Below, one piece after another: positions 19,534-28,308 of a DNA stretch of 62,048 nucleotides. Origin of the DNA: Pirellulales bacterium. GTDB taxonomy: Bacteria; Planctomycetota; Planctomycetia; Pirellulales; UBA1268. The notes under the pieces were generated by a model, which ran no database searches, was not told the DNA's origin, and was given only the letters and a program-made list of their open reading frames with translations. How positions within the stretch are numbered: position 1 is the first letter of the stretch; each line of letters starts with the position of its first letter. The stretch lies in assembly GCA_046092585.1 (NCBI GenBank), contig JBJTDZ010000141.1, forward strand, positions 1-62,048. The letters run 5' to 3'. The translations under genes and the position numbers were made by a program.

Positions 19534-20115
19534 ATGGTTCGCACCCCGAGCACGATGCTGCCCCTCGGCACGACCGCGCCGGACTTCGACCTCCCCAACG
19601 TGGACGGCCGGATGATCGATTACGCCGCCGCCGCCGGCCCGCAGGGCACCGTGGTGATGTTCATCTCAAACCACTGCCCGTTCGTGAAGCACGTGGCCGA
19701 TCAGTTGGCCGCGCTCGGCCGCGAGTACCTGCCGCGGGGCATCGGGTTCGTGGCGATCAGCTCCAACGACGTGTCGAGCCATCCGGCCGACTCGCCCGAG
19801 CAGATGGTGCGGGAGGCGGAGGACCGCGGCTACCCGTTTCCCTACCTCTATGACGAAACCCAGGAGGTGGCGAAGGCCTACCACGCCGCCTGCACGCCCG
19901 ACTTCTTCATCTTCGATGCCGGCCGAAAACTCGTCTATCGGGGGCAGCTCGACCCGAGCCGCCCGGGGAGCGAGGTGCCCGTGACGGGGAGCGACCTGCG
20001 GGCCGCACTCGAGGCCCTGCTCGCCGGCAGGCCGCCGGTGGCCGACCAAGTGCCGAGCCTCGGCTGCAACATCAAGTGGAAGCCCGGCAACCACCCGGCG
20101 TATTTCAGTCCCTGA
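19534..20115 (+). CDS. Thioredoxin-fold AhpC/TSA-like redoxin
   Basis: APDFDLP, SNHCPFV, ISSND, YLYDETQEVA.AY.AACTPDFF, GCNIKW. Confidence 0.92.
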   Translation: MVRTPSTMLPLGTTAPDFDLPNVDGRMIDYAAAAGPQGTVVMFISNHCPFVKHVADQLAALGREYLPRGIGFVAISSNDVSSHPADSPEQMVREAEDRGYPFPYLYDETQEVAKAYHAACTPDFFIFDAGRKLVYRGQLDPSRPGSEVPVTGSDLRAALEALLAGRPPVADQVPSLGCNIKWKPGNHPAYFSP

Positions 20116-20118
20116 AGC

Positions 20119-20138
20119 CGCGTGATGCGGGTCACGCG
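20119..20138. terminator. GC hairpin between convergent genes (possible terminator)
   Basis: CGCGTGA-TGCGGG-TCACGCG, perfect 7-bp stem, but no T-tract. Confidence 0.3.
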
Positions 20139-20144
20139 TGCTGG

Positions 20145-20298
20145 CGACCCCGGCTCTCGCGCAGTCGTACCGCTTACGCGGTTACGCTTCCCGGACACAT
20201 CGCCGGTCGTAGCGTCGGTGATCCCGTTGCTGCACGCTTCTGGAAGCCCAATCGCATGAGCGATGGGGATAGGGCGATCCACGCTCCCAGAGACGTCG
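20145..20298. ncRNA. Candidate structured ncRNA (rod-like), family unknown
   Basis: Nested pairings ATCGCC 20199-20204 / GGCGAT 20273-20278 and ATCCCGTTGCT 20221-20231 / AGCGATGGGGAT 20259-20270, apical GCTT-CTGG-AAGC; no convincing ORF. Confidence 0.3.
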
Positions 20299-20316
20299 GG
20301 CCGCTTGCTGAGTCGC

Positions 20317-20577
20317 TCAGCGGGGCTTGTCGCCGCCCGGCCGTGACGGGCCGCGGTTGGCGTACGTGCCGATGTCCTGCGTGTCGCCCGGTTCCAGCCG
20401 CGCGGCCCGGAGATTTTCCCGCTGGATGGCCTCGTAGACCTCTTGGCGGTGCACCGGAACCTCGGAGGGCGCGTTGATGCCCAGCCGTACCTTGTCTCCC
20501 CGGATATCCACGATCGTCACGACGATGTTGTCGCCGATCATGATGCTTTCGTCACGTTGTCTGGAGAGCACGAGCAT
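20317..20577 (-). CDS. csrA: Carbon storage regulator CsrA, paralog 2
   Basis: [55 protein letters not shown]; directly downstream of fliW. Confidence 0.97.
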   Translation of the reverse strand: MLVLSRQRDESIMIGDNIVVTIVDIRGDKVRLGINAPSEVPVHRQEVYEAIQRENLRAARLEPGDTQDIGTYANRGPSRPGGDKPR

Positions 20578-20637
20578 GGCTGGTTCCTTCCTGATCCGTC
20601 GTGGAGGCGGCAATCCGATGCCGCCGGCCACTGGTGA

Positions 20638-21078
20638 TTATGCACTCTTTTTCAAAGGCGGACGTTCGAGAGAGAGTTCGTAGTGAAGCGGAAGCTCGCC
20701 GCTCGCAACGACCTGGCGGCCTGTGCGGGCTTCGAGGTTGATGACGATCGGAGCTTTGAGATTGAGCGTGAGGCCTCTGCCGTTTTGGCCGACCACCACC
20801 ACCACCTGCGCCTCCCGCATGTCGGTGAGGGCCAGTGGCGTGAGTTCGCTGCGGGGAATCCGCACCTGGTATTCGGGGACGAACCGCCGCGGGCTGACTA
20901 CCGCGAGGGCCACGTCGCCGCGCGTGGTGCTCTGCAGCCAGCCGAGCGCGTCGTTGGAGGCGTCGGCGAGGAGCGCCCACTCGCGGCAGTCCTCGAGGCC
21001 GGGCAGGCCGCTGGGAAACCGGATCAGATCCGCCGCATCGACGTCGCTGCGGCCGAATCGGGTGGTGCTGATTCTCAT
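20638..21078 (-). CDS. fliW: FliW (CsrA antagonist)
   Basis: MRISTTRFG, IRFPSGLPGLE, WLQS, P..FVPEY, TLNLKAPIVIN...GRQVV. Confidence 0.93.
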   Translation of the reverse strand: MRISTTRFGRSDVDAADLIRFPSGLPGLEDCREWALLADASNDALGWLQSTTRGDVALAVVSPRRFVPEYQVRIPRSELTPLALTDMREAQVVVVVGQNGRGLTLNLKAPIVINLEARTGRQVVASGELPLHYELSLERPPLKKSA

Positions 21079-21367
21079 GGCTGGGCACTCCATTGCCGGA
21101 ACGCTTCCGGCGGCCTCCCGGCCTGCCGGACGGACTCCCGTCCGCACCTCTGAAATCGGCAGGCGGGGGTGTCCTGGTGAAGAAAAAAGGTTTGGAGAAG
21201 GGCGGGCGATGCCGGGGGGCATGCCGGGCGGGCGGTCTCGGCCGGTGGTGCCGTTTTTGCCGCCCGCTTGACGCCCCGGCAATTTCCCCACAATCGTCGT
21301 GTTCGTGCGGGGCCTGGGGCGACCCGAGCCCACTGACGACCGTTGTTCAGCGCAAAGGTGAGACCAC

Positions 21368-22102
21368 ATGCACACGCGGCGATCGGTCGTGGGGCTGGGC
21401 TGGCTGCTCGCCCTGACGTTCTCTGGCTGCTCGACCGGCCCATACGATCGCGACCTTGCCGCACAGGTGGAGCGGTATCGCGCCGACTCCGAGTTCGCCG
21501 CGTTGTCGTCGGAGCCGACCGCCCTCGCGGACGGTCGAGTCACCATGCGGCTGCCGGCGTCCTTCGCGCCGATCGAGGCCGAGGCCGCATTCCCGAGGCC
21601 CCCGTTCATCCGCGATTTTCCCGGCTTTGCTGCCGCCTTCGATGTGAAGCTTCGCAAGAAGGACGGCAACGAGATCAGGCCCGTGCTCACGGTGGGCGTG
21701 GTGGCGACGGCGGAAAGCCGTCACCCGGAGGTCGAGCAGCGGATTCTCGACCAGGCGAAGAACGACGTTCGGCTCGACAAGGCCCAGTGGCAGCGAGGCC
21801 GCCAGGTGCAGCCGATCGGCAGCGGCTCCGCCGTCTGGGACACGCTCTCGCTCGGCGGCGAGCAGGAGTTCGAAGCGGCCATGAATGGCGAACTGCTTCC
21901 TCTCGCATCTCCCGCGACGTGCGAGATCTGGGTGTCGGCCGATCCGAAGCAGGAGTTCGCGACCGTGATCGCCCTGCGGGTTCCCGCCGAGGTCGCGGAC
22001 CAACTCGCCGTGCCCGTGCCGCAGGTGCTCGAGCTCATGGCCCGATCCGTCGAGATCCTGCCGGCCGCGGAACCTCCCGCCGCCGGCCCTGAGGCCAAGT
22101 GA
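21368..22102 (+). CDS. Hypothetical lipoprotein
   Basis: Basic N-terminus, hydrophobic stretch, lipobox-like FSGC. Confidence 0.65.
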   Translation: MHTRRSVVGLGWLLALTFSGCSTGPYDRDLAAQVERYRADSEFAALSSEPTALADGRVTMRLPASFAPIEAEAAFPRPPFIRDFPGFAAAFDVKLRKKDGNEIRPVLTVGVVATAESRHPEVEQRILDQAKNDVRLDKAQWQRGRQVQPIGSGSAVWDTLSLGGEQEFEAAMNGELLPLASPATCEIWVSADPKQEFATVIALRVPAEVADQLAVPVPQVLELMARSVEILPAAEPPAAGPEAK

Positions 22103-22130
22103 CAACCGCCGGGGCCGCGAGTGCCGCGGC

Positions 22131-23261
22131 CTACTGCCACATCGGCTGGGCCCACCAGGCCGCCAACGGCGCGAGGATCAGCAGCGGCAGCCAGGCGCCG
22201 ACGGAGGCGGAATAGGCGTCTGCCATCACCAGGGCGTGCGAGCCGAGCACGGTCAGGAAGAAGACCACCGTCATCCCCACGCAGAGGCCGACCGCGGCGA
22301 ATACGCCGCGGCGGGAGGGGCCGAGCACGAGTGGGATGCCGAGCATCACCAGCGCCATGTCGAGCAGCGGGGCGGTGACCCGGGCATGCACCCGCAGCGG
22401 GATGTCGGCGCCGACGCCGAGGCTGGGGTTGCGGATCGCCTGCACGAGGTCGAGCGTCGAGGAGTACTGGCTCCAGTTGGCGGAGCCGATCAGTTGCTCG
22501 AACGTGACGTCGCTGGCCACGAAGCATTCCCGGGGCTGGAGCCACGCCGCCGTCGCCCGCGAGATCACCACCTGCCGCTCGGCCGTCTCGAGCGGTGCCA
22601 GTCCGTCGATGTCGGCGGGCTCGCGGACGTCGCGGAGCAGGTAGCCGGCGGGGTGGTCATCGGTGGCCGGCTGCCAGACCGCCTCGGCGGCGGTGATCTG
22701 GGCACCGTGGCCGCCGAGGTGAGGGGGCATGAGCAGGCTTGGTTGATCGATCCGGCAGCCGTCCGCACGGGCGCCTTTTCCGCGAAAGAGGATCTCCGTG
22801 CGGTTGTCGTAGCGGGGCTCGAAGGTCTGGAGCATCTGGCCGCGGAGATCCTGGGCGTTGCGAGAGAATGCCTCGCGGATCTGCGGCAGCACGACCTCGC
22901 GATTGGCCGCCGCGAGGATCGCGACTGTCGCGGAGAAGACGAGCACCGGCCGGGCGATCCGCCAGCGGGTGACGCCGGCCGCGAGCAGCGCCGTGAGCTC
23001 GTTGTGGCGCTCCAGCCACGACAGCGCGAACATGGCGCTCGCCAGGGAGATCACCGGGCTCGTGGCGTCGAAGAACCAGATCAGCCGGCAGCTGTAGTAG
23101 GAGGCCAGCACCTGCGCCAGGCTCCCCTGCTCGGCTGCATGGGCGAGGAACTCCTCGAGGTTCGTGAATGCGTCGAACACGAAGTAGAGGCCGGCAAGGC
23201 TGACGAACACCACGAGAAACGCGTGTAACTGGGCGCGGCCGAGGTAGCGGTCGATCAGCAT
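22131..23261 (-). CDS. LptF/LptG family LPS export permease
   Basis: MLIDRYL start, HNELTALLAAGVT, three N-terminal and three C-terminal TMs, AWLP. Confidence 0.9.
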   Translation of the reverse strand: MLIDRYLGRAQLHAFLVVFVSLAGLYFVFDAFTNLEEFLAHAAEQGSLAQVLASYYSCRLIWFFDATSPVISLASAMFALSWLERHNELTALLAAGVTRWRIARPVLVFSATVAILAAANREVVLPQIREAFSRNAQDLRGQMLQTFEPRYDNRTEILFRGKGARADGCRIDQPSLLMPPHLGGHGAQITAAEAVWQPATDDHPAGYLLRDVREPADIDGLAPLETAERQVVISRATAAWLQPRECFVASDVTFEQLIGSANWSQYSSTLDLVQAIRNPSLGVGADIPLRVHARVTAPLLDMALVMLGIPLVLGPSRRGVFAAVGLCVGMTVVFFLTVLGSHALVMADAYSASVGAWLPLLILAPLAAWWAQPMWQ

Positions 23262-23375
23262 GGGCGCTTGACGCGTGAGGGGGGGCGGAGACGATTGGGG
23301 GCCGGGCGAGCCGCCCCGCCGGGGCGGCGGACATTACGGAACTCGGGCCGGATCGTCAATCTGGGAAACCCGCGG

Positions 23376-24122
23376 ATGGCCTGGTCTGACCTGCCCGGGA
23401 TCGCGGCCGTCGTCGACCTGCTGGTTCCCCCCCGCTGCGTGTTCTGCGCGGCGGAGGCCCACGAGATCGGCGGAGGGGTGGTCGTGGTGTGCCCCGCCTG
23501 TGCCGCCGCCCTCTCGCGAGACGTGGAACGGTGCCCGACCTGCGGCGAGCCCTCCGCCGCAGGCGCGAGTTCGTGCGAGCGGTGCGTGCGCCGCCGGATC
23601 GGCGACGGCATCGTCGTGCTTTCCGCCTACGGCGACGAGGTGCGCTCGCCCGTGCTGCGGGCCAAGCGGCCCGGTGGCGAAGGGGTGGCCGCGGGCTTGG
23701 CCGCGCTGCTGGTTGCCAAGCATGCCGACCGGCTGCGGTCGTGGCAGATCGACGTGGTGACGCCCGTGCCGATGCACTGGCTGCGGCGCCTGGGCCGCGG
23801 CACGAGCGCCGCAGCCCAGATCGGCCGCGGCGTGGCCCGCGGCCTGCGGCTGCCGCTGCGGCCGCTGCTCGTTCGTCGGCGGTGGACCACCATGCAGAAC
23901 GAACTCCCCTTCGAGGATCGGGCGGCGAATCTCCGCGACGCCTTTCACGCGGGGGGGGCCGCCGCCGGCCGAAGGGTGCTCCTCGTCGATGACGTGACCA
24001 CGTCCGGCTCGACGCTCGCCGAGTGTCGCCGGGTGCTGGTGGAGGCCGGGGCCGCCGCCGTCTACGCTGCCGTGGTCGCCCGGGCCGATCGTGGACTCGG
24101 CGCCGAGGAAGCCGCCCCGTGA
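23376..24122 (+). CDS. comF: ComF family phosphoribosyltransferase
   Basis: Double zinc ribbon (CVFC, CPAC, CPTC, CERC), PVPMHW.R..RG, VLLVDDVTTSGST. Confidence 0.92.
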   Translation: MAWSDLPGIAAVVDLLVPPRCVFCAAEAHEIGGGVVVVCPACAAALSRDVERCPTCGEPSAAGASSCERCVRRRIGDGIVVLSAYGDEVRSPVLRAKRPGGEGVAAGLAALLVAKHADRLRSWQIDVVTPVPMHWLRRLGRGTSAAAQIGRGVARGLRLPLRPLLVRRRWTTMQNELPFEDRAANLRDAFHAGGAAAGRRVLLVDDVTTSGSTLAECRRVLVEAGAAAVYAAVVARADRGLGAEEAAP

Positions 24123-25144
24123 ACGAGATGCCACGACAGATGCACGACGCCACCACGCATCGCCCGCTTCGCATCGGCACCCGGGCGAGCGCCCTGGCAC
24201 GCACCCAGACCGGCCATGTAGCCGACCGCCTGCGGTCGCTTGGCATCGACGTGGAGATCGAGACGATCTCCACCCGGGGAGACGAACGCCGGGATCGGCC
24301 GGTGGCCGCGATCGGGGGCGACGGCGTGTTCGTTCGCGAGTTGGAACAGGCGATGCTTGACGGCCGGATCGACGCCGCGGTGCACAGCCTCAAGGACATG
24401 CCCACCGCCGAGACCCCCGGCCTCTCGCTGGCGTGCGTGCCGGAACGGGCCCCCCCCTTCGACGCGGTCGTGGGCCGAACGGCCGCGACGCTCGAGGAAC
24501 TCCCCGCGGGCGCCGTGGTGGGCACGTCGAGCATCCGGAGGATCGCGCAGCTCAAGTCGCTGCGGCCCGATCTCGTCGCGGCACCGCTGCGGGGCAATGT
24601 CGACACCCGGTTGCGGAAGCTCGACGCCGGCGACTACGACGCCCTGATCCTCGCCGCCGCCGGGCTCGAGCGGCTGGGACTGGCGGCGCGGATCACGCAG
24701 ATGCTTGCTCCCCCGGCGTTTTGGCCGGCGGTGGCGCAGGGGGCGATCGTCGTGCAGATGCGGGCCGACGATGCCGCCGCCGCCGCCCTGGTGCCGCTCG
24801 ACCATGCACCGACGCACGCCGCCGTGATCGCGGAGCGCCGGATGCTGGGGCGGCTCGCGGCGGGGTGCCTCGCACCGGTCGGTGGGTACGCCCGCATGGG
24901 TGAGGACGGCCGGCTCGTGCTCGGGGGATGCGTGCTGGAGATCGTCGCCGCCACCGGCGAGGTGCGTCGCCTGCACGCCGAGGCGGCTGGCGACGCAGCG
25001 GTGTTCACCGGCCCGGGCGGCACGGTTCCCTCCAAGGTGTCTCTCCGCGCCCAGGCGGAGTCCCTCGGCGACGACGTGGCCCTTCGGCTCCTCGCTGCCG
25101 GAGCCGAGCCGATGCTGGCGCATATGCGACACCGGCTCGTCTGA
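24119..25144 (+). CDS. hemC: Hydroxymethylbilane synthase
   Basis: IGTRASALA, DAAVHSLKDMP, GTSSIRR, RGNVDTR, GCLAPVG. Start uncertain (24119/24128/24140). Confidence 0.95.
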   Translation: MNEMPRQMHDATTHRPLRIGTRASALARTQTGHVADRLRSLGIDVEIETISTRGDERRDRPVAAIGGDGVFVRELEQAMLDGRIDAAVHSLKDMPTAETPGLSLACVPERAPPFDAVVGRTAATLEELPAGAVVGTSSIRRIAQLKSLRPDLVAAPLRGNVDTRLRKLDAGDYDALILAAAGLERLGLAARITQMLAPPAFWPAVAQGAIVVQMRADDAAAAALVPLDHAPTHAAVIAERRMLGRLAAGCLAPVGGYARMGEDGRLVLGGCVLEIVAATGEVRRLHAEAAGDAAVFTGPGGTVPSKVSLRAQAESLGDDVALRLLAAGAEPMLAHMRHRLV

Positions 25145-25296
25145 ACGGCCCGGTGCCGCGGCCGCCAGGAGGGCGACCGCACAGCCGCCCATCTGGAGGG
25201 TATGGCATCCCGGCGGCGGCAGTACACTTCCCCGGCACGGCGCTGGGTCCTCCAGGCCGGGGCGGACCCTCGGACATGGGGGGAATCCCCGGTGGC

Positions 25297-25326
25297 TTGT
25301 AATCAAGTTTCTTGAAAATATAGACT
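25297..25326 (+). promoter_or_regulatory. Candidate promoter with internal palindrome, upstream of the response regulator
   Basis: TTGTAA-18 nt-TAGACT in an AT-rich patch; spacer contains TCAAG-TTT-CTTGA (25303-25315). Confidence 0.5.
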
Positions 25327-25479
25327 GCGAGTGAGAGATCGCAGGCTCGGGTTGGTGGCCAGCGCCCGCATGGTGGCCGGTTTTCCCCACCCGAGCCGCG
25401 GCGTGGCCGGCGTGGCCCCGCCGAGGATTCTGCAAGGGCACGAGCACGACGGCGTCATGCCGAGGAAGGTTGTAAGCAC

Positions 25480-26112
25480 ATGGCAATCAAGGTGGTGATC
25501 GCGGACGATCACGAGGTTGTGCGTCGGGGACTCGTCAGCCTGCTGGCAGGGTCGGAGGTCAAGATCGTCGGCGAGGCGTCGACGGGTGATGAGGCGGTGA
25601 AGGTCACGAAGAAGACGAAGCCAGATGTCGTGCTGCTCGATATCCGCATGCAAGGCAAGGATGGCCTGACGGCGCTGGAGAAGATCCGCGCTGACATGCC
25701 CAATGTCCGCTGCGTGATGCTCTCCACCTTCGACAATCCCACCTACGTGGCCCGGGCCGTCGCGGCCGGGGCCCACGACTACATGCTCAAGGGCTGCTCC
25801 CGCAGCGAACTCATCAACTCGATCACCGGCGCCGCCGCCGGCCAACTACCGATGCGGGCTGGCGAGCTCCGCCGGGTTGCCACGACCATGGCCAACCGGA
25901 TCGCCACGCCCGATCCTGACATCCCGCTCACGCAGCGTGAAACCCAGGTGCTGCGGCACATGGCGCTGGGGCTCTCCAACAAGGAGATCGCGCAGTCGCT
26001 GACGATCAGCGTGGAGACGGTGAAGGAGCACGTGCAAAACATCCTGCGCAAGATCGCCGTGAGCGATCGCACGCAGGCCGCCGTCTGGGCGGTGCGGCGC
26101 GGCCTCGTCTGA
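25480..26112 (+). CDS. NarL/LuxR family response regulator (no adjacent kinase)
   Basis: IADDHEVVR, DVVLLDIRM, LTQRETQVL..GLSNKEIA..ETVKEH HTH. Confidence 0.95.
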   Translation: MAIKVVIADDHEVVRRGLVSLLAGSEVKIVGEASTGDEAVKVTKKTKPDVVLLDIRMQGKDGLTALEKIRADMPNVRCVMLSTFDNPTYVARAVAAGAHDYMLKGCSRSELINSITGAAAGQLPMRAGELRRVATTMANRIATPDPDIPLTQRETQVLRHMALGLSNKEIAQSLTISVETVKEHVQNILRKIAVSDRTQAAVWAVRRGLV

Positions 26113-26121
26113 CCGGCGGCT

Positions 26122-27045
26122 TCACCGGGCCCGCGGATGGGCCTTGTCGAAGGCGTCGCGGAGCCGGCTGGTCGTCACGTGGGTGTAGATCTGCGTGGTG
26201 ACAAGGCTCTTGTGGCCGAGGAGTTCCTGGACGCTGCGGATGTCGGCCCCGGCGTCGAGCAGGTGCGTGGCGAAACTGTGACGTAGCGTGTGCGGGCTGG
26301 CCTTGCGGCCGAGTCCGGCGGTCGCGAGGTGTTTTTCCAGGAGCCGGGCCACGCCCCGCACCGAGAGTCGCCCTCCGAACTTGTTCGTGAACAGGGGGCG
26401 GCCGGCAGTCTTGCTCCCGGCCTTCGGCGCAGACCGGGCGGCGAGCCACGCCCGAACCGCCGCCAGGGCGTGCGACCCGACGATGCCGAGCCGCTCGCGC
26501 CGGCCCTTGCCGCGAATGCGGACGGTGGCGTTGTGCAGGTCGAGATCGCCGTCATCAAGGGTGACCAACTCCCGGACTCGGCAGCCCGCCGAATACATCA
26601 GTTCGAGGATCGCCCTGTCGCGGAGGCCGCCGGCCTGACCCGGATCGGGCGCGGCGAGGAGCCGGGCGATCTCGTCGCCGGTGAGGAACTTCGGCAGTTT
26701 TCGTGGGCGACGCGGGCTGCGCAGCGGCTTGGCGGGGTTGGTGGTCGTCCAGCCCTCCCGCTGGCCGAACGCGAAGAAACTCCGCATGCTGGCGAGCTTG
26801 CGGGCGATCGTCGACGGCGCGTATCCGGCGGCATGCAGTCCGGCTGCGAATCGCCGCAGGATCGTGCTGGTGGCGGCCGCCGGAGCGTGGCTGCCCGCGG
26901 AGCCGAGGACCTCCTCGAGCTGGAGGAGATCCTCGCGGTAGCTCTTCACCGTGAGCGGCGAGCCACCCCGCTCGGCGGCCATGAATCGCAGGAAACGTTC
27001 GATCGCCGTCGCGAAGTCGGCTCGTGAGTGTCCCGCGCCCGCCAT
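26122..27045 (-). CDS. xerC: Tyrosine recombinase XerC/XerD type
   Basis: Catalytic set intact: YSAGCR, GKGRRER, HTLRHSFATH, LLGH, TTQIYTH; LPKFL linker. Confidence 0.9.
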   Translation of the reverse strand: MAGAGHSRADFATAIERFLRFMAAERGGSPLTVKSYREDLLQLEEVLGSAGSHAPAAATSTILRRFAAGLHAAGYAPSTIARKLASMRSFFAFGQREGWTTTNPAKPLRSPRRPRKLPKFLTGDEIARLLAAPDPGQAGGLRDRAILELMYSAGCRVRELVTLDDGDLDLHNATVRIRGKGRRERLGIVGSHALAAVRAWLAARSAPKAGSKTAGRPLFTNKFGGRLSVRGVARLLEKHLATAGLGRKASPHTLRHSFATHLLDAGADIRSVQELLGHKSLVTTQIYTHVTTSRLRDAFDKAHPRAR

Positions 27046-27058
27046 GGCACCTGCCGGC

Positions 27059-27292
27059 TCAGGCCGGGCGGTCGGCCCGCGGTCCGAACCGGAGCCGTCG
27101 CGGCTGCGGCGTGTTTTGCCGCACCTTCTGGCCGAGCACCGCGGCGTCGTGCCACGAGAAGCTCAGGTCGGGATTGGCGGCATGCCTGGCCAGCGCCTCG
27201 AGCGCCCGGTCGCGACTGTCGTCGTCGTACAGGAACACGTAGCGTTCGCCGCCTTTGACGAGGGCGATCACGTTGATGTCTCGAGCGGCCAT
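27059..27292 (-). CDS. Small hypothetical protein (77 aa)
   Basis: Globular-looking MAARDINVIALVKGGERYVFLYDDDS..LSFSWHDAAVL; GAGGA RBS upstream. Confidence 0.7.
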   Translation of the reverse strand: MAARDINVIALVKGGERYVFLYDDDSRDRALEALARHAANPDLSFSWHDAAVLGQKVRQNTPQPRRLRFGPRADRPA

Positions 27293-27519
27293 GCACAGTC
27301 CTCGGGCGAACGCCGTGGCCGCGACGGGACGCGACCACCCGAAGGGGTATCGGCACGAACGATTCGCCGGCCGCAGGCCGCGGCCGCGGGATCGCCAATT
27401 CTCCGCGATCGGGCCAACCGCCCCGTGGGTCGCGGGAATGCGGGAGGTTTCGGCAGGAGTCTGGGAAGGATGTGCCGACGGGGCGGAAGCGGCGGCCGCC
27501 CGGGAGGTCGCCGGCCGGC

Positions 27520-28203
27520 TCAGAACAGATCGGTGAAGCCCCGGAGGGCCACCGGCTCGCGCGACCAGAAGGGCTCGCCATGCTCCGTGCCGATCATCGA
27601 TCCCCACCAGGCGTCTGCGGCGGCGACGCGATCGAGCACACCGGGCCTGCCGGTCGGCTGGGGGAACTGGCTGGCGTAGCAGGCGAGGCTGCGGCGCTTC
27701 GTTTCCCACGTGGTGGAGATATCGATCACGAAGGAGGGCCGCCGCACCGATTTGAGGTGGACACAGGCATAGTGGTAGACCCGCTCCGGATGCCAGGGCT
27801 GGCCCGGGAGGTCGCACTTGGTGAACTTGGCCCAGAAGCGGGCTGCCTCGGTGAGCCGCGTGGCGGCGACGTGGTCGGGATGGGCGTCGACCCAGTGGGG
27901 CGCGAAGAGCCAGCGGGGTCGCATGCGACGGATCACGCCGGCGAGCAGACCCCGGGCCGCAAGCGTGGCCCGCAGGCTGCGGTTGGGGAGACCGAGGTTC
28001 TCCCGCCACGTCACTCCCAGCGCGGCCGAGGCGGCCGCCGTTTCCCGCGCCCGGATTTCGGGCGAGCCAAGCGGCGTCGGCTCGCCATCGGTCAGGTCGA
28101 GGATGCCGACCGCGAGCCCCTGCGCGAGCATCAGGGCGATCGTGCCCCCCATGCCGAGTTCGGCGTCGTCGGGGTGCGGGGCGATCACGAGGACATCGAG
28201 CAC
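27520..28203 (-). CDS. bshB1: PIG-L family deacetylase, BshB1-like
   Basis: LDVLVIAPHPDDAELGMGGT, DLTDGE.T..GS, HPDH, CYASQF. Confidence 0.85.
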   Translation of the reverse strand: MLDVLVIAPHPDDAELGMGGTIALMLAQGLAVGILDLTDGEPTPLGSPEIRARETAAASAALGVTWRENLGLPNRSLRATLAARGLLAGVIRRMRPRWLFAPHWVDAHPDHVAATRLTEAARFWAKFTKCDLPGQPWHPERVYHYACVHLKSVRRPSFVIDISTTWETKRRSLACYASQFPQPTGRPGVLDRVAAADAWWGSMIGTEHGEPFWSREPVALRGFTDLF

Positions 28204-28308
28204 CGTATCGCTCCGGGGGGGCACGAGGGAGGAAACGAGAGGGAGCCGGCGAGGCGGGCCTCGGGCAGTTGTTTGCTCGCCGCAGCCACCGGCGATCATA
28301 CTCATCGA

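Noticed and set aside
20145..20298. SRP RNA assignment for the candidate ncRNA
   Set aside because: The conserved CAGG..GGAA..AGCAG helix-8 motif is absent on both strands.
23951..24457. G8 run in comF (23951-23958) and C8 run in hemC (24450-24457) as phase-variation tracts
   Set aside because: Both are short, both genes are in frame, and such runs are expected at this GC content.
26122..27045. Tyrosine recombinase as a mobile-element integrase or as the invertase for 46356-46480
   Set aside because: It looks like a housekeeping XerC/D. There are no att repeats or cargo genes, and the 10-bp repeat does not resemble dif.
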